Positions 27,813 to 37,916 of a stretch of 64,000 nucleotides of DNA are shown here, one piece after another; position 1 is the stretch's first letter; each line of letters begins with the position of its first letter. The notes under the pieces were generated by a model, which saw only the letters and a list, made by a program, of their open reading frames with translations, did no database searches and had not been told where the DNA came from. A program made the translations under genes and the position numbers. Origin of the DNA: Spirochaetales bacterium (lineage in GTDB: Bacteria > Spirochaetota > Spirochaetia > CADAEX01); the NCBI GenBank assembly GCA_024233785.1, contig JACKPD010000014.1, positions 488 through 64,487 of the forward strand. Direction: 5' to 3'.

Positions 27813-28376
27813 TTATTCAGCCCCGAGTGCGAATGCTTTTAAATTGATATCAACAACATCCTTTCCTTTGGATGAAAAAAGCTCCTCAACCGCGGCCTGA
27901 AGGGACCCGGCAGAAACCGGAAGTACGGATGAGGCCGCGCCGATAATTACCATATTCGCCGCGCGGGAAGTTCCGGCTTTTTTCGCAAGCTCAAGCGACT
28001 CGACTATTTTATGGTTTTTAAGTTTTTTTATTTTACCGTAAATAACTTCAATATCAGGATAATCCGGTATATTGACGAACGGCTCTGATGCCGTAACAAC
28101 ACTGCCGTCAGGCGAAAGGTAATCAACATACCTTAAAACCTCAAGAGGCTCCATGCTTATGATAAGCGACGCGGTCCCTTTCGCGACAAGGTCGCTTGAT
28201 ATTTCACTGTCTGATATGCGAAGATGAGACAGTACCGCCCCTCCCCTCTGGGCCATTCCGTGCACTTCTGACTGCCTTACCTTAAGATTATCTTTCATTG
28301 CCCCTGTCGCTATTATAGCGGCCAGCGATAAAACACCCTGCCCGCCTACACCCGCAAGAATTATGTCAAACTTCAT
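27813..28376 (-). CDS. iorB: Indolepyruvate:ferredoxin oxidoreductase subunit beta
   Basis: 'ILAGVGGQGVLSLAAIIA...SEVHGMAQRGGAV' is the gamma-type domain of 2-oxoacid:ferredoxin oxidoreductases. Overlaps iorA by 4 nt. Confidence 0.85.
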   Translation of the reverse strand: MKFDIILAGVGGQGVLSLAAIIATGAMKDNLKVRQSEVHGMAQRGGAVLSHLRISDSEISSDLVAKGTASLIISMEPLEVLRYVDYLSPDGSVVTASEPFVNIPDYPDIEVIYGKIKKLKNHKIVESLELAKKAGTSRAANMVIIGAASSVLPVSAGSLQAAVEELFSSKGKDVVDINLKAFALGAE

Positions 28377-29980
28377 TTATTACCCTTCCCTTTTTTGAGC
28401 CTTCTTTTGGTCTCTTCGATACATTCCCTTACAGAGAGAACAACAGACAGCCCTTCATGGGCTATCTCTTTCTTTAATATTTCCACATTTTCCTCATGGT
28501 TCTTTTTCAGAGGCACAATAGTTTTAATATGGGCGGGATCAACGCCAAGCCCTTTTATAACTGATTCAAGCTTTGATGTGGGTACAATTGTCTCCTGTCC
28601 CCCTGTCATGGCGACAATACAGTTGTCAAGAATCACAAGCGTCATGGGAGTGTCCGCTGCAACAGCGTCAACAAGGGCTGTCATTCCCGAATGATAGAAT
28701 GTGCTGTCGCCGATAACCGCGACAGCGGGTTTAAGCCCCGCTTCCGCCGCCCCTTTTGCCGTACCAACAGAAGCGCCCATGCAGATTATTGTCTCAATCG
28801 CGGAATAGGGGGGAAGCGCCCCGAGAGCATAGCAGCCGATATCCGACGTAACCACGCTTTCGCTGTAGGAGGCAAGCGCGCCCTTTATTGCGTTATACGA
28901 ATCAATATGCGGACAGCCCTGGCAAAGCTGCGGCGGGCGGCCCGGGAGCTGTTCTACTTCAGCAAGGGCTTTTCTTACAGGAAGCCCTAGTGCAGGCCTT
29001 ACATTGTCCGGATTAAGCTCCCCTGTCGGGGGGACTTTCCCGTCCATTTTGCCTTCAATTTCAACAGGCTGTTTTAATATGCCCCGTAATCTGCTCTCAA
29101 GGAACGGATACCCTTCCTCAATAACAATGATTTTTTCAGCATGCTGTGCGAGTTTTTTTATCTTATCTTCAGGTATGGGATATACTCCTACATGAAGATG
29201 TGAAGGTTTATCAGACAGCTCCGGCATATTCTCAAGATAATAGTTTTTGCCGAGTCCGGTAGTGATTACACCGTATTTTTTAAAATCAGGATTCAGGTAA
29301 AGCGGGTTGAGAGGAGAGTTTTCCGAATCTTTTTTAAACTCTTCATATTTACCGAGAAGGGTCACCCACTGTTTTCTGGCAAGAGCGGGAAGAAGCATCC
29401 ATGTATTTTTATCCTCAGCCTTTTTCATCCTGTTCTGTTCTTTTTCCTCTCCTGTAACAACAACTGCCCGTGAATGGGCAAGCCTCGTTACAAGCCTGAT
29501 CATAACGGGAACATGGTATTTTTCGGAGACCTCGAATGCCTCTCCTGTCATCTCGTAGGCCTCCTGCTGGTTAACAGGCTCAAAGCACGGCACCTTCGCG
29601 AAATCAGCGAAAAACCTGCTGTCCTGTTCATCCTGGGAGGAGTGCATTCCCGGATCATCGGCGACAACAATTACAAGGCCGCCGTTGATTTTTAGAAGCG
29701 CTGAATTTATAAAAGGGTCTGCCGCAACATTCAAGCCCACATGCTTCATCGTTACTATCGATCTTTTACCTGCAAGCGATACGCCGAGAGCATCCTCATA
29801 TGCGGTTTTTTCATTGCTGCACCATGATGCATGTATCTTTTCTGTTTTTCTGGAATATTTTATAAGATATTCCATAATTTCCGAGGACGGTGTTCCGGGA
29901 TATCCGTATGCGTTTGAAAGCCCGGAATGAATGGCTCCGAGTGCTACAGCCTCATCACCAAGCAGTACTTTTTCTGCCAT
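28373..29980 (-). CDS. iorA: Indolepyruvate:ferredoxin oxidoreductase subunit alpha (short form without the C-terminal 2x[4Fe-4S] domain)
   Basis: 'LLGDEAVALGAIHSGLSNAYGYPGTPSSEI', TPP motif 'GDSTFYHSGMTALVDA' and 'CQGCPH'. I see no CxxCxxCxxxCP motifs in the 535 aa. Confidence 0.85.
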   Translation of the reverse strand: MAEKVLLGDEAVALGAIHSGLSNAYGYPGTPSSEIMEYLIKYSRKTEKIHASWCSNEKTAYEDALGVSLAGKRSIVTMKHVGLNVAADPFINSALLKINGGLVIVVADDPGMHSSQDEQDSRFFADFAKVPCFEPVNQQEAYEMTGEAFEVSEKYHVPVMIRLVTRLAHSRAVVVTGEEKEQNRMKKAEDKNTWMLLPALARKQWVTLLGKYEEFKKDSENSPLNPLYLNPDFKKYGVITTGLGKNYYLENMPELSDKPSHLHVGVYPIPEDKIKKLAQHAEKIIVIEEGYPFLESRLRGILKQPVEIEGKMDGKVPPTGELNPDNVRPALGLPVRKALAEVEQLPGRPPQLCQGCPHIDSYNAIKGALASYSESVVTSDIGCYALGALPPYSAIETIICMGASVGTAKGAAEAGLKPAVAVIGDSTFYHSGMTALVDAVAADTPMTLVILDNCIVAMTGGQETIVPTSKLESVIKGLGVDPAHIKTIVPLKKNHEENVEILKKEIAHEGLSVVLSVRECIEETKRRLKKGKGNK

Positions 29981-30110
29981 TATTTAGCTCCTTTGTATAA
30001 TTGAATCTTCACTTTTCATGATTTATTGGACCGGCTGTTATTCATCAATAAATTATCCTGATGCCGCTGCCGCCGGATTAATCTAAAGGCGCGTATTTCA
30101 ATAATATTTA

Positions 30111-31298
30111 TCAGGAATTTTTGAGTGCCCTGAAGGCTTTTTCAAAACCTTCTGCCGATCTTTCAATAACCCTGTCTGAAACACAGTATGCAATCCTGAA
30201 ATACCCCGGAGTTCCGAAACCCCTGCCGGGAACTGTTAGAATTCTCTCTTCCTGGAGCGCATTGACAGCCTTCAGATCGTCCCCGCCCGGCGCCTTGGGG
30301 AAAAGGTAGAATGTTCCTTCCGGCTTTATAAATTCATAGCCGGCATTTCCAAGAATCTCGCACAGCCTGTCTCTTTTTGTTTTATAAAAACCCATATCCA
30401 CGCTTCTGCCCTGGAGGTCCGCAACCACCTTCTGCATTATTGCGGGCGCGTTGACATAACCGAGAATCCTGTTGCACATGATTATTCCGCCCAGAAGATT
30501 ATGAAGATCCTCAGCCGCAGGATTTACAGCAAGCCATCCGATCCTCTCGCCGGGGATTGAAAGGTCTTTTGAATAGGAAGTCATTATTATGCTGTGGCTG
30601 TAATTTTTGATTACGGAAGGGACTTTAATTCCGTCATAAACAATTTTTTTATAAGGTTCATCACTCAGAAGGTATATTGCCCTGCCTCTCTCCCTGCTCT
30701 TTCTCTCAAGCATGGAAGCAAGATTTTTTATTGTATCTTCGCTGTATACCCTGCCCGAAGGATTGTTGGGAGAGTTTATTATTACACCCTGAGTCTTTTC
30801 ATTTATTGCTTTTTCGATATTTTCCACGGAAAGGTTGAATTTCTCACCGCCCTGTACCCGGTTTACCTCTCCTCCATGGTTTCCGATATATGCTTCATAT
30901 TCCGCAAAATACGGAGCTGATACTATAATGTTGTCACCGGGATTAAGTATTGTTTTTAAAACAACATTCATCGCTCCTGCCGCGCCGCATGTCATCACGA
31001 TATTATCAGAGTGTATTTCAATCCCTTCAGTAGATGTTACCCATGAGGCTATTTTTTCCCTTACATCGAGGTATCCTGCATTGGGCATATACGCGTGCAT
31101 CCCTGTTTTCTTCAAACTCGCGTATTCTGAAAGCTTGATTATAAAATCCTCCGGCGGTTCAACATTGGGATTGCCTATACTGAAATCAAAAACATTGTCA
31201 TCTCCGTATTTCGCTTTCAATATCCCACCTGTTTCAAACATTTTTCTGATCCAGGAAGAATTCTCCATAGATTTAATAACCCGCTGTGATACTGCCAT
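30111..31298 (-). CDS. Class-I PLP aminotransferase (aspartate/aromatic type)
   Basis: 'FSIGNPNVEPP', 'NSPNNPSGRVY' and PLP-lysine region 'TSYSKDLSIPGERIGW'. Confidence 0.88.
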   Translation of the reverse strand: MAVSQRVIKSMENSSWIRKMFETGGILKAKYGDDNVFDFSIGNPNVEPPEDFIIKLSEYASLKKTGMHAYMPNAGYLDVREKIASWVTSTEGIEIHSDNIVMTCGAAGAMNVVLKTILNPGDNIIVSAPYFAEYEAYIGNHGGEVNRVQGGEKFNLSVENIEKAINEKTQGVIINSPNNPSGRVYSEDTIKNLASMLERKSRERGRAIYLLSDEPYKKIVYDGIKVPSVIKNYSHSIIMTSYSKDLSIPGERIGWLAVNPAAEDLHNLLGGIIMCNRILGYVNAPAIMQKVVADLQGRSVDMGFYKTKRDRLCEILGNAGYEFIKPEGTFYLFPKAPGGDDLKAVNALQEERILTVPGRGFGTPGYFRIAYCVSDRVIERSAEGFEKAFRALKNS

Positions 31299-31446
31299 TC
31301 AAAACCCCCGTTAGCAGATAATATCTGAAGCACTGCTGATAAATGCCGAATAAAATATGCTTATAATAAGATTGAAATAATTGAAAAATTATAACTGCAA
31401 TACTTTTTTTTATCAATAACTTTGAATACTTCTCATCAGGGAATGA

Positions 31447-33276
31447 TTACATCACGATATACTCATTCCCTGTATAAAGCGCCTGGACCTCACCATTATA
31501 AAAATCTTCAGAACTGCTGCTGCCTGAAAATCCAGGTTCAGGAATGAGTAAAAGTATTTCAGCCGCTCTTTTAAGCAGTGAATCAAACAGGGATAAACCG
31601 CTGCTGTTTCCTGACCGGGAACTCTTTAAAAGGGAAGAGAACCTGTTCCTGAGGGAAATGCGCCAGTTGTCATCAGCCTCATAGTATTTTACCGAATAAT
31701 CCTTTCCTTCGCATCCGCACTTTTCGGCGGCAAGCGATACAGCATCGGAAAGCCCCCCCATTCTGTCAACAAGTTTTTTTCCGGCAGCATCCTTTCCGCT
31801 CCACACCCTTCCCCCCGCGGCTTTTCCCGCCTCTGAAACAGTAATCCCTCTTGAAGAAGAAACCAGAGAGAGAAAATATGAATAGTCCTTATCCACACTC
31901 AGCTGCAGCACTTTTTTCATATCTTCAGTCATACTCATATCAGGGCGGTAAAGATGTGAATACGGCGTTGTCCCGTATCCGTCTGTTGTCACACCGGGAT
32001 ATTTTTCAAGAAATTCGCTGAAATCAGGCAGCATCGCGAATACTCCGATAGACCCCGTAAGAGTAGTAGGCATGCAGAGGATTGCGTCCGAGGCCGTGGA
32101 AATCCAGTAAGCGCCGGATGCGGCGACAGAACTCATAGAAACAACAACAGGCTTCCCGCTGTCTCTCACTTTCTGAAGCGCCCTTCTTATATCCTCCGAT
32201 GCGCTGACTCCCCCGCCACCTGAATCAATACGGAGGACAACTGCCGATATTTTCCTGTCTTCGGTTATGTTTTCAAAAATATCAGTGTAGGTATTGGAGC
32301 CGATTTCCCCGGGAGGGTGATGCCCTTTTGTAATATCTCCCGAAGCAGTTACAACCGCAATTGTCTTTTCTCCGGGGACCTCCCTGTTTTCCGCAAGTTT
32401 GTAATATTTTTCCCAATCTATTGAAGGTCCTTCACCCGCAAGCTTTTCCGCATCATTGTAAACCGAAATTTCATCAACCAGCCCGTTTTCCTTTGCCGCC
32501 GAAGCAGAACTGCTGCTGTGGCGGGATAAAATTGAGGCATAGCCTGAAGCATAATTTTCAAGCTGCTTTACTGTCTTGTTTCTCTCTTTAGCAATACCTG
32601 AAAGATATTCCCCCCAGAGGTCATTCAGATATTTGGAAGAAGCTTCCCTTGAAAAGCGGCTCATCCCTTCCGAGGTAAAAGGCTCTACAGCGCTTTTATA
32701 ATCTCCTGTCTTAAAAACATTTACCCTGATCCTGAATTTCTCCATCCCTTTGCCGTAATAATTTGTGAAACTGTCAAGGCCTGTAAACATCAGCTCTCCA
32801 AGAGGATCAATAACAACCTTTCCTGCATGGGATGCGATGTAATAACTCCCTTGAGTATATTTATCAGAAAAGGCAATTACCGTTTTTCCCGCTTCTTTTA
32901 CCTTTTTCACCGCCGATGCTATCTCCTGAAGCTTGCTCAGGCCCCCTCCGCCGAAGTACCTGAGGTCAATAAAAACAGAAGATATTTTTTCATCAGAAGA
33001 AGCAGCATCAAGAACTGTTATTATTTTTCTAAGGGGGATAAGTGTTTCGTCTTCTGAGAGGTCGGATAGAAAACTGCCGGCGTCCGAAGGAAAATAATCG
33101 ACTACCATGCCCTGGGGCCGGATTACAAGGGCCGTTCCGTCTTCTATCTCCGGAATATAATTGTTTTTTACATAGAAAACGACAGCTGCGATTATAAGTC
33201 CCCAGAACAGCAGATTTATAATAATTTTTCTTAAAATATCAAAAATCCTGAAAAAAGAAAAAATTCCAGTTTTCAC
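31447..33276 (-). CDS. sppA: Signal peptide peptidase SppA, 67K (duplicated) type
   Basis: N-terminal TM helix and two ClpP/crotonase-like halves. 'VVVSMSSVAASGAYWIS' (Ser nucleophile region) and 'TGSIGVF'. Confidence 0.88.
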   Translation of the reverse strand: MKTGIFSFFRIFDILRKIIINLLFWGLIIAAVVFYVKNNYIPEIEDGTALVIRPQGMVVDYFPSDAGSFLSDLSEDETLIPLRKIITVLDAASSDEKISSVFIDLRYFGGGGLSKLQEIASAVKKVKEAGKTVIAFSDKYTQGSYYIASHAGKVVIDPLGELMFTGLDSFTNYYGKGMEKFRIRVNVFKTGDYKSAVEPFTSEGMSRFSREASSKYLNDLWGEYLSGIAKERNKTVKQLENYASGYASILSRHSSSSASAAKENGLVDEISVYNDAEKLAGEGPSIDWEKYYKLAENREVPGEKTIAVVTASGDITKGHHPPGEIGSNTYTDIFENITEDRKISAVVLRIDSGGGGVSASEDIRRALQKVRDSGKPVVVSMSSVAASGAYWISTASDAILCMPTTLTGSIGVFAMLPDFSEFLEKYPGVTTDGYGTTPYSHLYRPDMSMTEDMKKVLQLSVDKDYSYFLSLVSSSRGITVSEAGKAAGGRVWSGKDAAGKKLVDRMGGLSDAVSLAAEKCGCEGKDYSVKYYEADDNWRISLRNRFSSLLKSSRSGNSSGLSLFDSLLKRAAEILLLIPEPGFSGSSSSEDFYNGEVQALYTGNEYIVM

Positions 33277-33496
33277 AGCCCCCTCCGGTATCTCTGATTT
33301 TTTACTTCCGGCATACCGGCCGGTCGGTTTTATTTCATTGAATATTGAAACAACTTTTTATATATTGTAAATTATACCTATGTAACATCGCCCGTCTTTA
33401 AAAAAAGTGCAAAACTTAGGAAAATACGCAAAATAACGGCCCGGGCGATAGTTGTCATAGTTATATTATAACAAAATACACAAACTGAGGTTAGTA

Positions 33497-34741
33497 ATGT
33501 CATTAAAAAAATTACCATTTACAATGCAGCAGATCGAAAAAATCATTGAAAAGCATCCAACCCCTTTTCATATATATGATGAAAAAGCCATAAGGGAAAA
33601 CGCAAGAAGATTCTACAAGGCCTTTTCCTGGGTACCGGGAGGATTCAAGAATTACTTTGCGGTAAAAGCGCTTCCCAATCCGGCAATCCTTAAAATTCTC
33701 AAAGAAGAGGGGATGGGGGCGGACTGCTCTTCGCTTCCCGAGCTGCTCCTTTCCGATATGGCAGGAATCAAGGGAGAAGACATAGTTTTTACTTCAAACG
33801 ATACACCCGCTGCCGAATTTATAAAAGCGAAAGAACTGGGAGCAGTAATTAACCTTGATGATATAACCCATATACCTTTTCTTGAAAAACATGCGGGGAT
33901 ACCTGAGCTTGCGTGCCTCAGATACAATCCGGGCCCGTTAAAGGAAGGGAACAAGATTATCGGAAACCCGGAAGAAGCTAAATACGGATTTACAAGGGAG
34001 CAGCTTATCGAAGGGTACAGGCTGATGAAAGAAAAGGGAGCAAAGAGGTTCGGTCTTCACACCATGGTTGCGTCAAACGAACTGAATCCTGATTATTTTA
34101 TTGAAACAGCTGAAATTCTTTTCGATCTTGTCGTAGAAATTTCAAAAAAGCTCAGTATTAAATTCGAGTTTGTAAACCTCGGCGGCGGAATAGGTATTCC
34201 GTACAAGCCGGAACAGAAGGCTGTTGACCTTGAATATGTATCTGAAGGGATAAAAAAAGCCTACGAAAAGAAAATCAGGGGAAACTCTCTCGATCCGCTC
34301 AGGATTGTTATGGAATGCGGAAGAGTTGTAACCGGCCCTTACGGATATCTTGTTACTAAGGCAATCCACACAAAAAATACATACAAGAACTATATTGGCC
34401 TTGATGCCTGTATGGCAAACCTGATGAGGCCCGCCCTTTACGGCGCATACCACCACATCACAAACATGAACAATCCGGAAGGAAAACCTGATCACACATA
34501 TGATGTAACAGGTTCGCTCTGCGAAAATAATGATAAATTCGCGATTAACAGGGAAATGCCTGAAACAAAACCGGGCAACACCATAGTAATCCACGATACA
34601 GGCGCCCACGGTTATGCCATGGGATTCAACTATAACGGCAAACTCAGGTCGGCAGAACTTCTTCTCACAACTGACGGCTCAGCAAAACTGATAAGAAGGG
34701 CTGAAACGGTAGAAGATTATTTCTCCACTCTAAAATTTTAA
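33497..34741 (+). CDS. PLP-dependent group-IV decarboxylase (diaminopimelate decarboxylase family)
   Basis: 'TPFHIYDE', 'YFAVKALPNPAILK' (PLP Lys), 'GADCSSLPEL', 'NLGGGIGIPY', 'GSLCENNDKF' and 'DTGAHGYAMGFNYNG'. Substrate is not determinable from motifs alone (lysA versus a polyamine-pathway paralog). Confidence 0.8.
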   Translation: MSLKKLPFTMQQIEKIIEKHPTPFHIYDEKAIRENARRFYKAFSWVPGGFKNYFAVKALPNPAILKILKEEGMGADCSSLPELLLSDMAGIKGEDIVFTSNDTPAAEFIKAKELGAVINLDDITHIPFLEKHAGIPELACLRYNPGPLKEGNKIIGNPEEAKYGFTREQLIEGYRLMKEKGAKRFGLHTMVASNELNPDYFIETAEILFDLVVEISKKLSIKFEFVNLGGGIGIPYKPEQKAVDLEYVSEGIKKAYEKKIRGNSLDPLRIVMECGRVVTGPYGYLVTKAIHTKNTYKNYIGLDACMANLMRPALYGAYHHITNMNNPEGKPDHTYDVTGSLCENNDKFAINREMPETKPGNTIVIHDTGAHGYAMGFNYNGKLRSAELLLTTDGSAKLIRRAETVEDYFSTLKF

Positions 34742-34771
34742 CAGTATAAGTTACCTTTTCCATTACATATA

Positions 34772-34798
34772 CAGCCGCTTGACAGCGGCTGTTTTATT
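34772..34798 (+). terminator. Rho-independent terminator after the decarboxylase gene
   Basis: 'cagccgc' (34772-34778) pairs with 'gcggctg' (34785-34791), 6-nt loop, followed by 'ttttattt'. Confidence 0.8.
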
Positions 34799-34895
34799 TA
34801 CAAGCGGAGGAATATGGCAAAATCACAACCCTCACCCGCCCTTTATTACATCTCTTTGCCTTAATTTACCTCTAAGCGGTCAGTAAATATTGAGT

Positions 34896-37800
34896 ATGAA
34901 AAGCATATCTGATAAATTACCCCCAATCATGAGAACAGAAGTATTTTATAGAAACCCGCAGCTTGACGGGAGGGCCAAAAGGCTTTTAAAACAGGTGAGA
35001 CAGTCTGTGTCCCTGTCCATAGAGAACATTTCAATAATTGATGTATTTATTTCAGAAGGAATCGACCGGCTTACTCCATCCCTTTCCGAAGAATTATTTT
35101 CAGACCCTGTCGCCCAGAAAGCACTTACAGATATGTGCGCCGCGGAATCCAAAGAACTTTCAGGCTGGAACTATCTTGTTGAAATAACCTACAGGCCGGG
35201 AGTTACAAATCCTGTCGCTATTACCGCAAAAAACACAATAGAGACAGCGCTTGGCAAAGCTATCCCGAAGGAATCGGGAGCTGTTTTTCAGAGTGCGGTT
35301 CAATACCTTATCTATTCCCCGCCCCTTGAAATAGAACTCCAGGAAAAATTAAAAAAAATATTCTATAATCCGCTTGTCCAGCAGGAAGAGTTCAGAGAGG
35401 GAGGAATCTTCGCCCTTAAAAAAAATCCTCTTCCTGCAATTTACCCCCACAAGGTAGCGGAGAGTCCTGTTTCAGTTGAGGAAATCCATCTTGCTTCACT
35501 GGAAAAGGGCGCACTTGATAAAATCTCGAAAGAAAGGCTGCTGGCCCTTTCTACAGAAGAGATGGAGTCGGTAAGAAATTATTTTGCAGACAGCAGTACA
35601 ATAAAAGTGAGGAAAGAGGCCGGACTCGGCAGCGATCCGACAGATGTAGAGCTTGAGATGATTGCCCAGACATGGAGCGAACACTGCAAGCACAAGATTT
35701 TCAACGCCACAATTGAATATAAGGACATGGAAACCGGAACTGAAGAAACAATCAGGTCGCTTTTTTCAAGCTGCATAAAAAGATCAACAGAAGAGATATC
35801 AAAAAAGAAAGGTTTCCTTAAATCAGTTTTCCACGATAATTCCGGTGTAATTGATTTTGACGATGAGAACCTTGTCTGTTTCAAGGTTGAAACCCATAAT
35901 TCCCCGTCCGCCCTCGACCCTTACGGCGGTTCCATTACAGGAATAGTAGGGGTAAACAGGGATATCATGGGGACTGGAAAAGGGGCCCGCCCTTTCTTCA
36001 ATACAAATGTTCTCTGCTTCGGGGAACCTGATACACCGGAGGAAGAGATACCGGAAGGGCTCCTTCACCCGAAAACTGTCATGAAAGGGGTCCATCACGG
36101 AATAATTGACGGCGGGAACCAGTCCGGCATTCCAACTGTGGCAGGGGCATTCCTCTTTGATGAAAGCTTTACAGGCAAACCGCTTGTGTTCTGCGGCACA
36201 GGGGGAATTCTCCCGAGGGAAATTAACGGCGAAGGAAGCTGGATAAAACATATTAATCCAGGAGATCTTGCTGTAATGACTGGGGGCAGGATCGGCAAAG
36301 ACGGGATCCACGGCGCGACCTTCTCATCAAAAGCGCTTGACGAGGAATCCCCCTCATCCGCTGTCCAGATTGGAGACCCCATCACCCAGAAAAAAATGTG
36401 TGATTTTCTACTGGAGGCGCGGGATGCGGGGCTCTATTACGGTATAACAGACAACGGGGCGGGAGGCCTTTCCTCTTCACTTGGAGAGATGGCTGAGTAT
36501 TCAGGCGGGATCAGGATCGATCTTCACAAATGCCCGCTAAAATATTCAGGACTTGCGCCATGGGAAATACTTGTTTCTGAATCCCAGGAAAGAATGAGCA
36601 TTGCTGTAAAACCTGAAAAACTTGAAGCATTCACCGCCCTTGCAGAAAGACGGGGTGTAGAGGCATCTGTAGTCGGAGAGTTCACCTCAACAGGGTTTAT
36701 AGATATCAGATACGGGGATAAAAAAGCAGGCCTGCTCTCAATGGAGTTTCTGCACCGGGGACTGCCAGAAATGAAGCTTAAAGCAGTATGGAGCAGACCT
36801 CCCGCGGAAAGTTTAAAAATTGATGACCATGATTTCACCGGCATGCTGAAAAAACTTCTTAATGAGCCCAATATTGCATCAAAAGAACCGCTGGTAAGGC
36901 AGTATGATCATGAGGTCGGCGGCATATCAATTGTAAAACCGTTCACAGGGAGGGACTCGGACGCTCCTTCGGACAGTGCGGTTCTAAAACCTGTATTTGA
37001 TTCAAACAGGGGGATTACAGTAACACACGGGATCTGCCCCCGCTACGGGGACAGGGATACCTACAATATGGCGCTCTGCGCGGTGGACGAGGCATACAGG
37101 GCCCATATCGCATCGGGCGGCAATCCGGATCATGCTGCTATACTTGATAATTTCTGCTGGCCCGATCCGGTAGAATCTGAAGCAGCTCCCGACGGTGCAT
37201 ATAAACTTGCACAGTTAGTCAGGGCCTGTAAAGGGCTTTACAAGGCAAGCATGGATTATGAACTCCCGCTTATATCAGGCAAGGATTCAATGAAAAACGA
37301 TGCTGTAATCGGCGGGAAAAAGGTATCAGTCAGACCGACCCTCCTTATTTCATTGATAGGAATCATAGATAATATAGAAAAAGCCGTTACCACCGATTTC
37401 AAGGAAGAAGGTGATGCGGTATATATTATTGGGAATACACACGGTGAACTTGGCGGAACATATTTTGAAAAATTATACGGGAAAAACCTCGGCGGCGCCC
37501 CGGCGGCGGACACTGAAAAAGCTGTAAGGCTTTATAAAAAACTGCATGAGGCAATTTCAGAAAGACTTGTAAAATCGTGCCACGATATCTCTGACGGCGG
37601 CCTTGCCGTCGCAATTGCGGAATCATGCCTTGGAGGCAGACTCGGGGCTGATATTTCCCTCGACATACTCCCCGGGACGACTGATAAAATGGAGACAGGG
37701 CGTATCCTGTTCTGCGAAACTCCTTCAAGGTTTATTGCGGGAATAGGAAGAAACGATACAGACAGGTTTGAATCAATAATGAAGGATTTCCCTGTACAGA

Positions 37801-37916
37801 GGATTGGGACAACTACCAAAACCCCTTCCCTGAGAATAAAGAGGAACGGTAGTTATGCTGTAGACATAACAATAAGTGAAATATCTGCAGCCTGGAAAAG
37901 AGAGGATTTTGAATGA
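34896..37916 (+). CDS. purL: Phosphoribosylformylglycinamidine synthase, synthetase subunit with fused N-terminal (PurS-like) domain
   Basis: 'DVELEMIAQTWSEHCKHKIF', 'VETHNSPSALDPYGG', 'GDPITQKKM' and 'SGKDSMKND'. About 260 extra N-terminal residues compared with a stand-alone PurL of about 740 aa. First ATG is at 34896 (the track starts at TTG 34890). Confidence 0.9.
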   Translation: MKSISDKLPPIMRTEVFYRNPQLDGRAKRLLKQVRQSVSLSIENISIIDVFISEGIDRLTPSLSEELFSDPVAQKALTDMCAAESKELSGWNYLVEITYRPGVTNPVAITAKNTIETALGKAIPKESGAVFQSAVQYLIYSPPLEIELQEKLKKIFYNPLVQQEEFREGGIFALKKNPLPAIYPHKVAESPVSVEEIHLASLEKGALDKISKERLLALSTEEMESVRNYFADSSTIKVRKEAGLGSDPTDVELEMIAQTWSEHCKHKIFNATIEYKDMETGTEETIRSLFSSCIKRSTEEISKKKGFLKSVFHDNSGVIDFDDENLVCFKVETHNSPSALDPYGGSITGIVGVNRDIMGTGKGARPFFNTNVLCFGEPDTPEEEIPEGLLHPKTVMKGVHHGIIDGGNQSGIPTVAGAFLFDESFTGKPLVFCGTGGILPREINGEGSWIKHINPGDLAVMTGGRIGKDGIHGATFSSKALDEESPSSAVQIGDPITQKKMCDFLLEARDAGLYYGITDNGAGGLSSSLGEMAEYSGGIRIDLHKCPLKYSGLAPWEILVSESQERMSIAVKPEKLEAFTALAERRGVEASVVGEFTSTGFIDIRYGDKKAGLLSMEFLHRGLPEMKLKAVWSRPPAESLKIDDHDFTGMLKKLLNEPNIASKEPLVRQYDHEVGGISIVKPFTGRDSDAPSDSAVLKPVFDSNRGITVTHGICPRYGDRDTYNMALCAVDEAYRAHIASGGNPDHAAILDNFCWPDPVESEAAPDGAYKLAQLVRACKGLYKASMDYELPLISGKDSMKNDAVIGGKKVSVRPTLLISLIGIIDNIEKAVTTDFKEEGDAVYIIGNTHGELGGTYFEKLYGKNLGGAPAADTEKAVRLYKKLHEAISERLVKSCHDISDGGLAVAIAESCLGGRLGADISLDILPGTTDKMETGRILFCETPSRFIAGIGRNDTDRFESIMKDFPVQRIGTTTKTPSLRIKRNGSYAVDITISEISAAWKREDFE

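Noticed and set aside
33277-33496. Looked for a lysine riboswitch (L-box) upstream of the DAP-decarboxylase-family gene
   Set aside because: The region has only an 8-bp distant inverted repeat (ATCGCCCG...CGGGCGAT). None of the conserved L-box helices or motifs are recognisable.
34799-34895. Looked for a purine riboswitch upstream of purL
   Set aside because: The about 95-nt region lacks the conserved three-way-junction core sequences I know for guanine/adenine riboswitches. I can make no supportable call.
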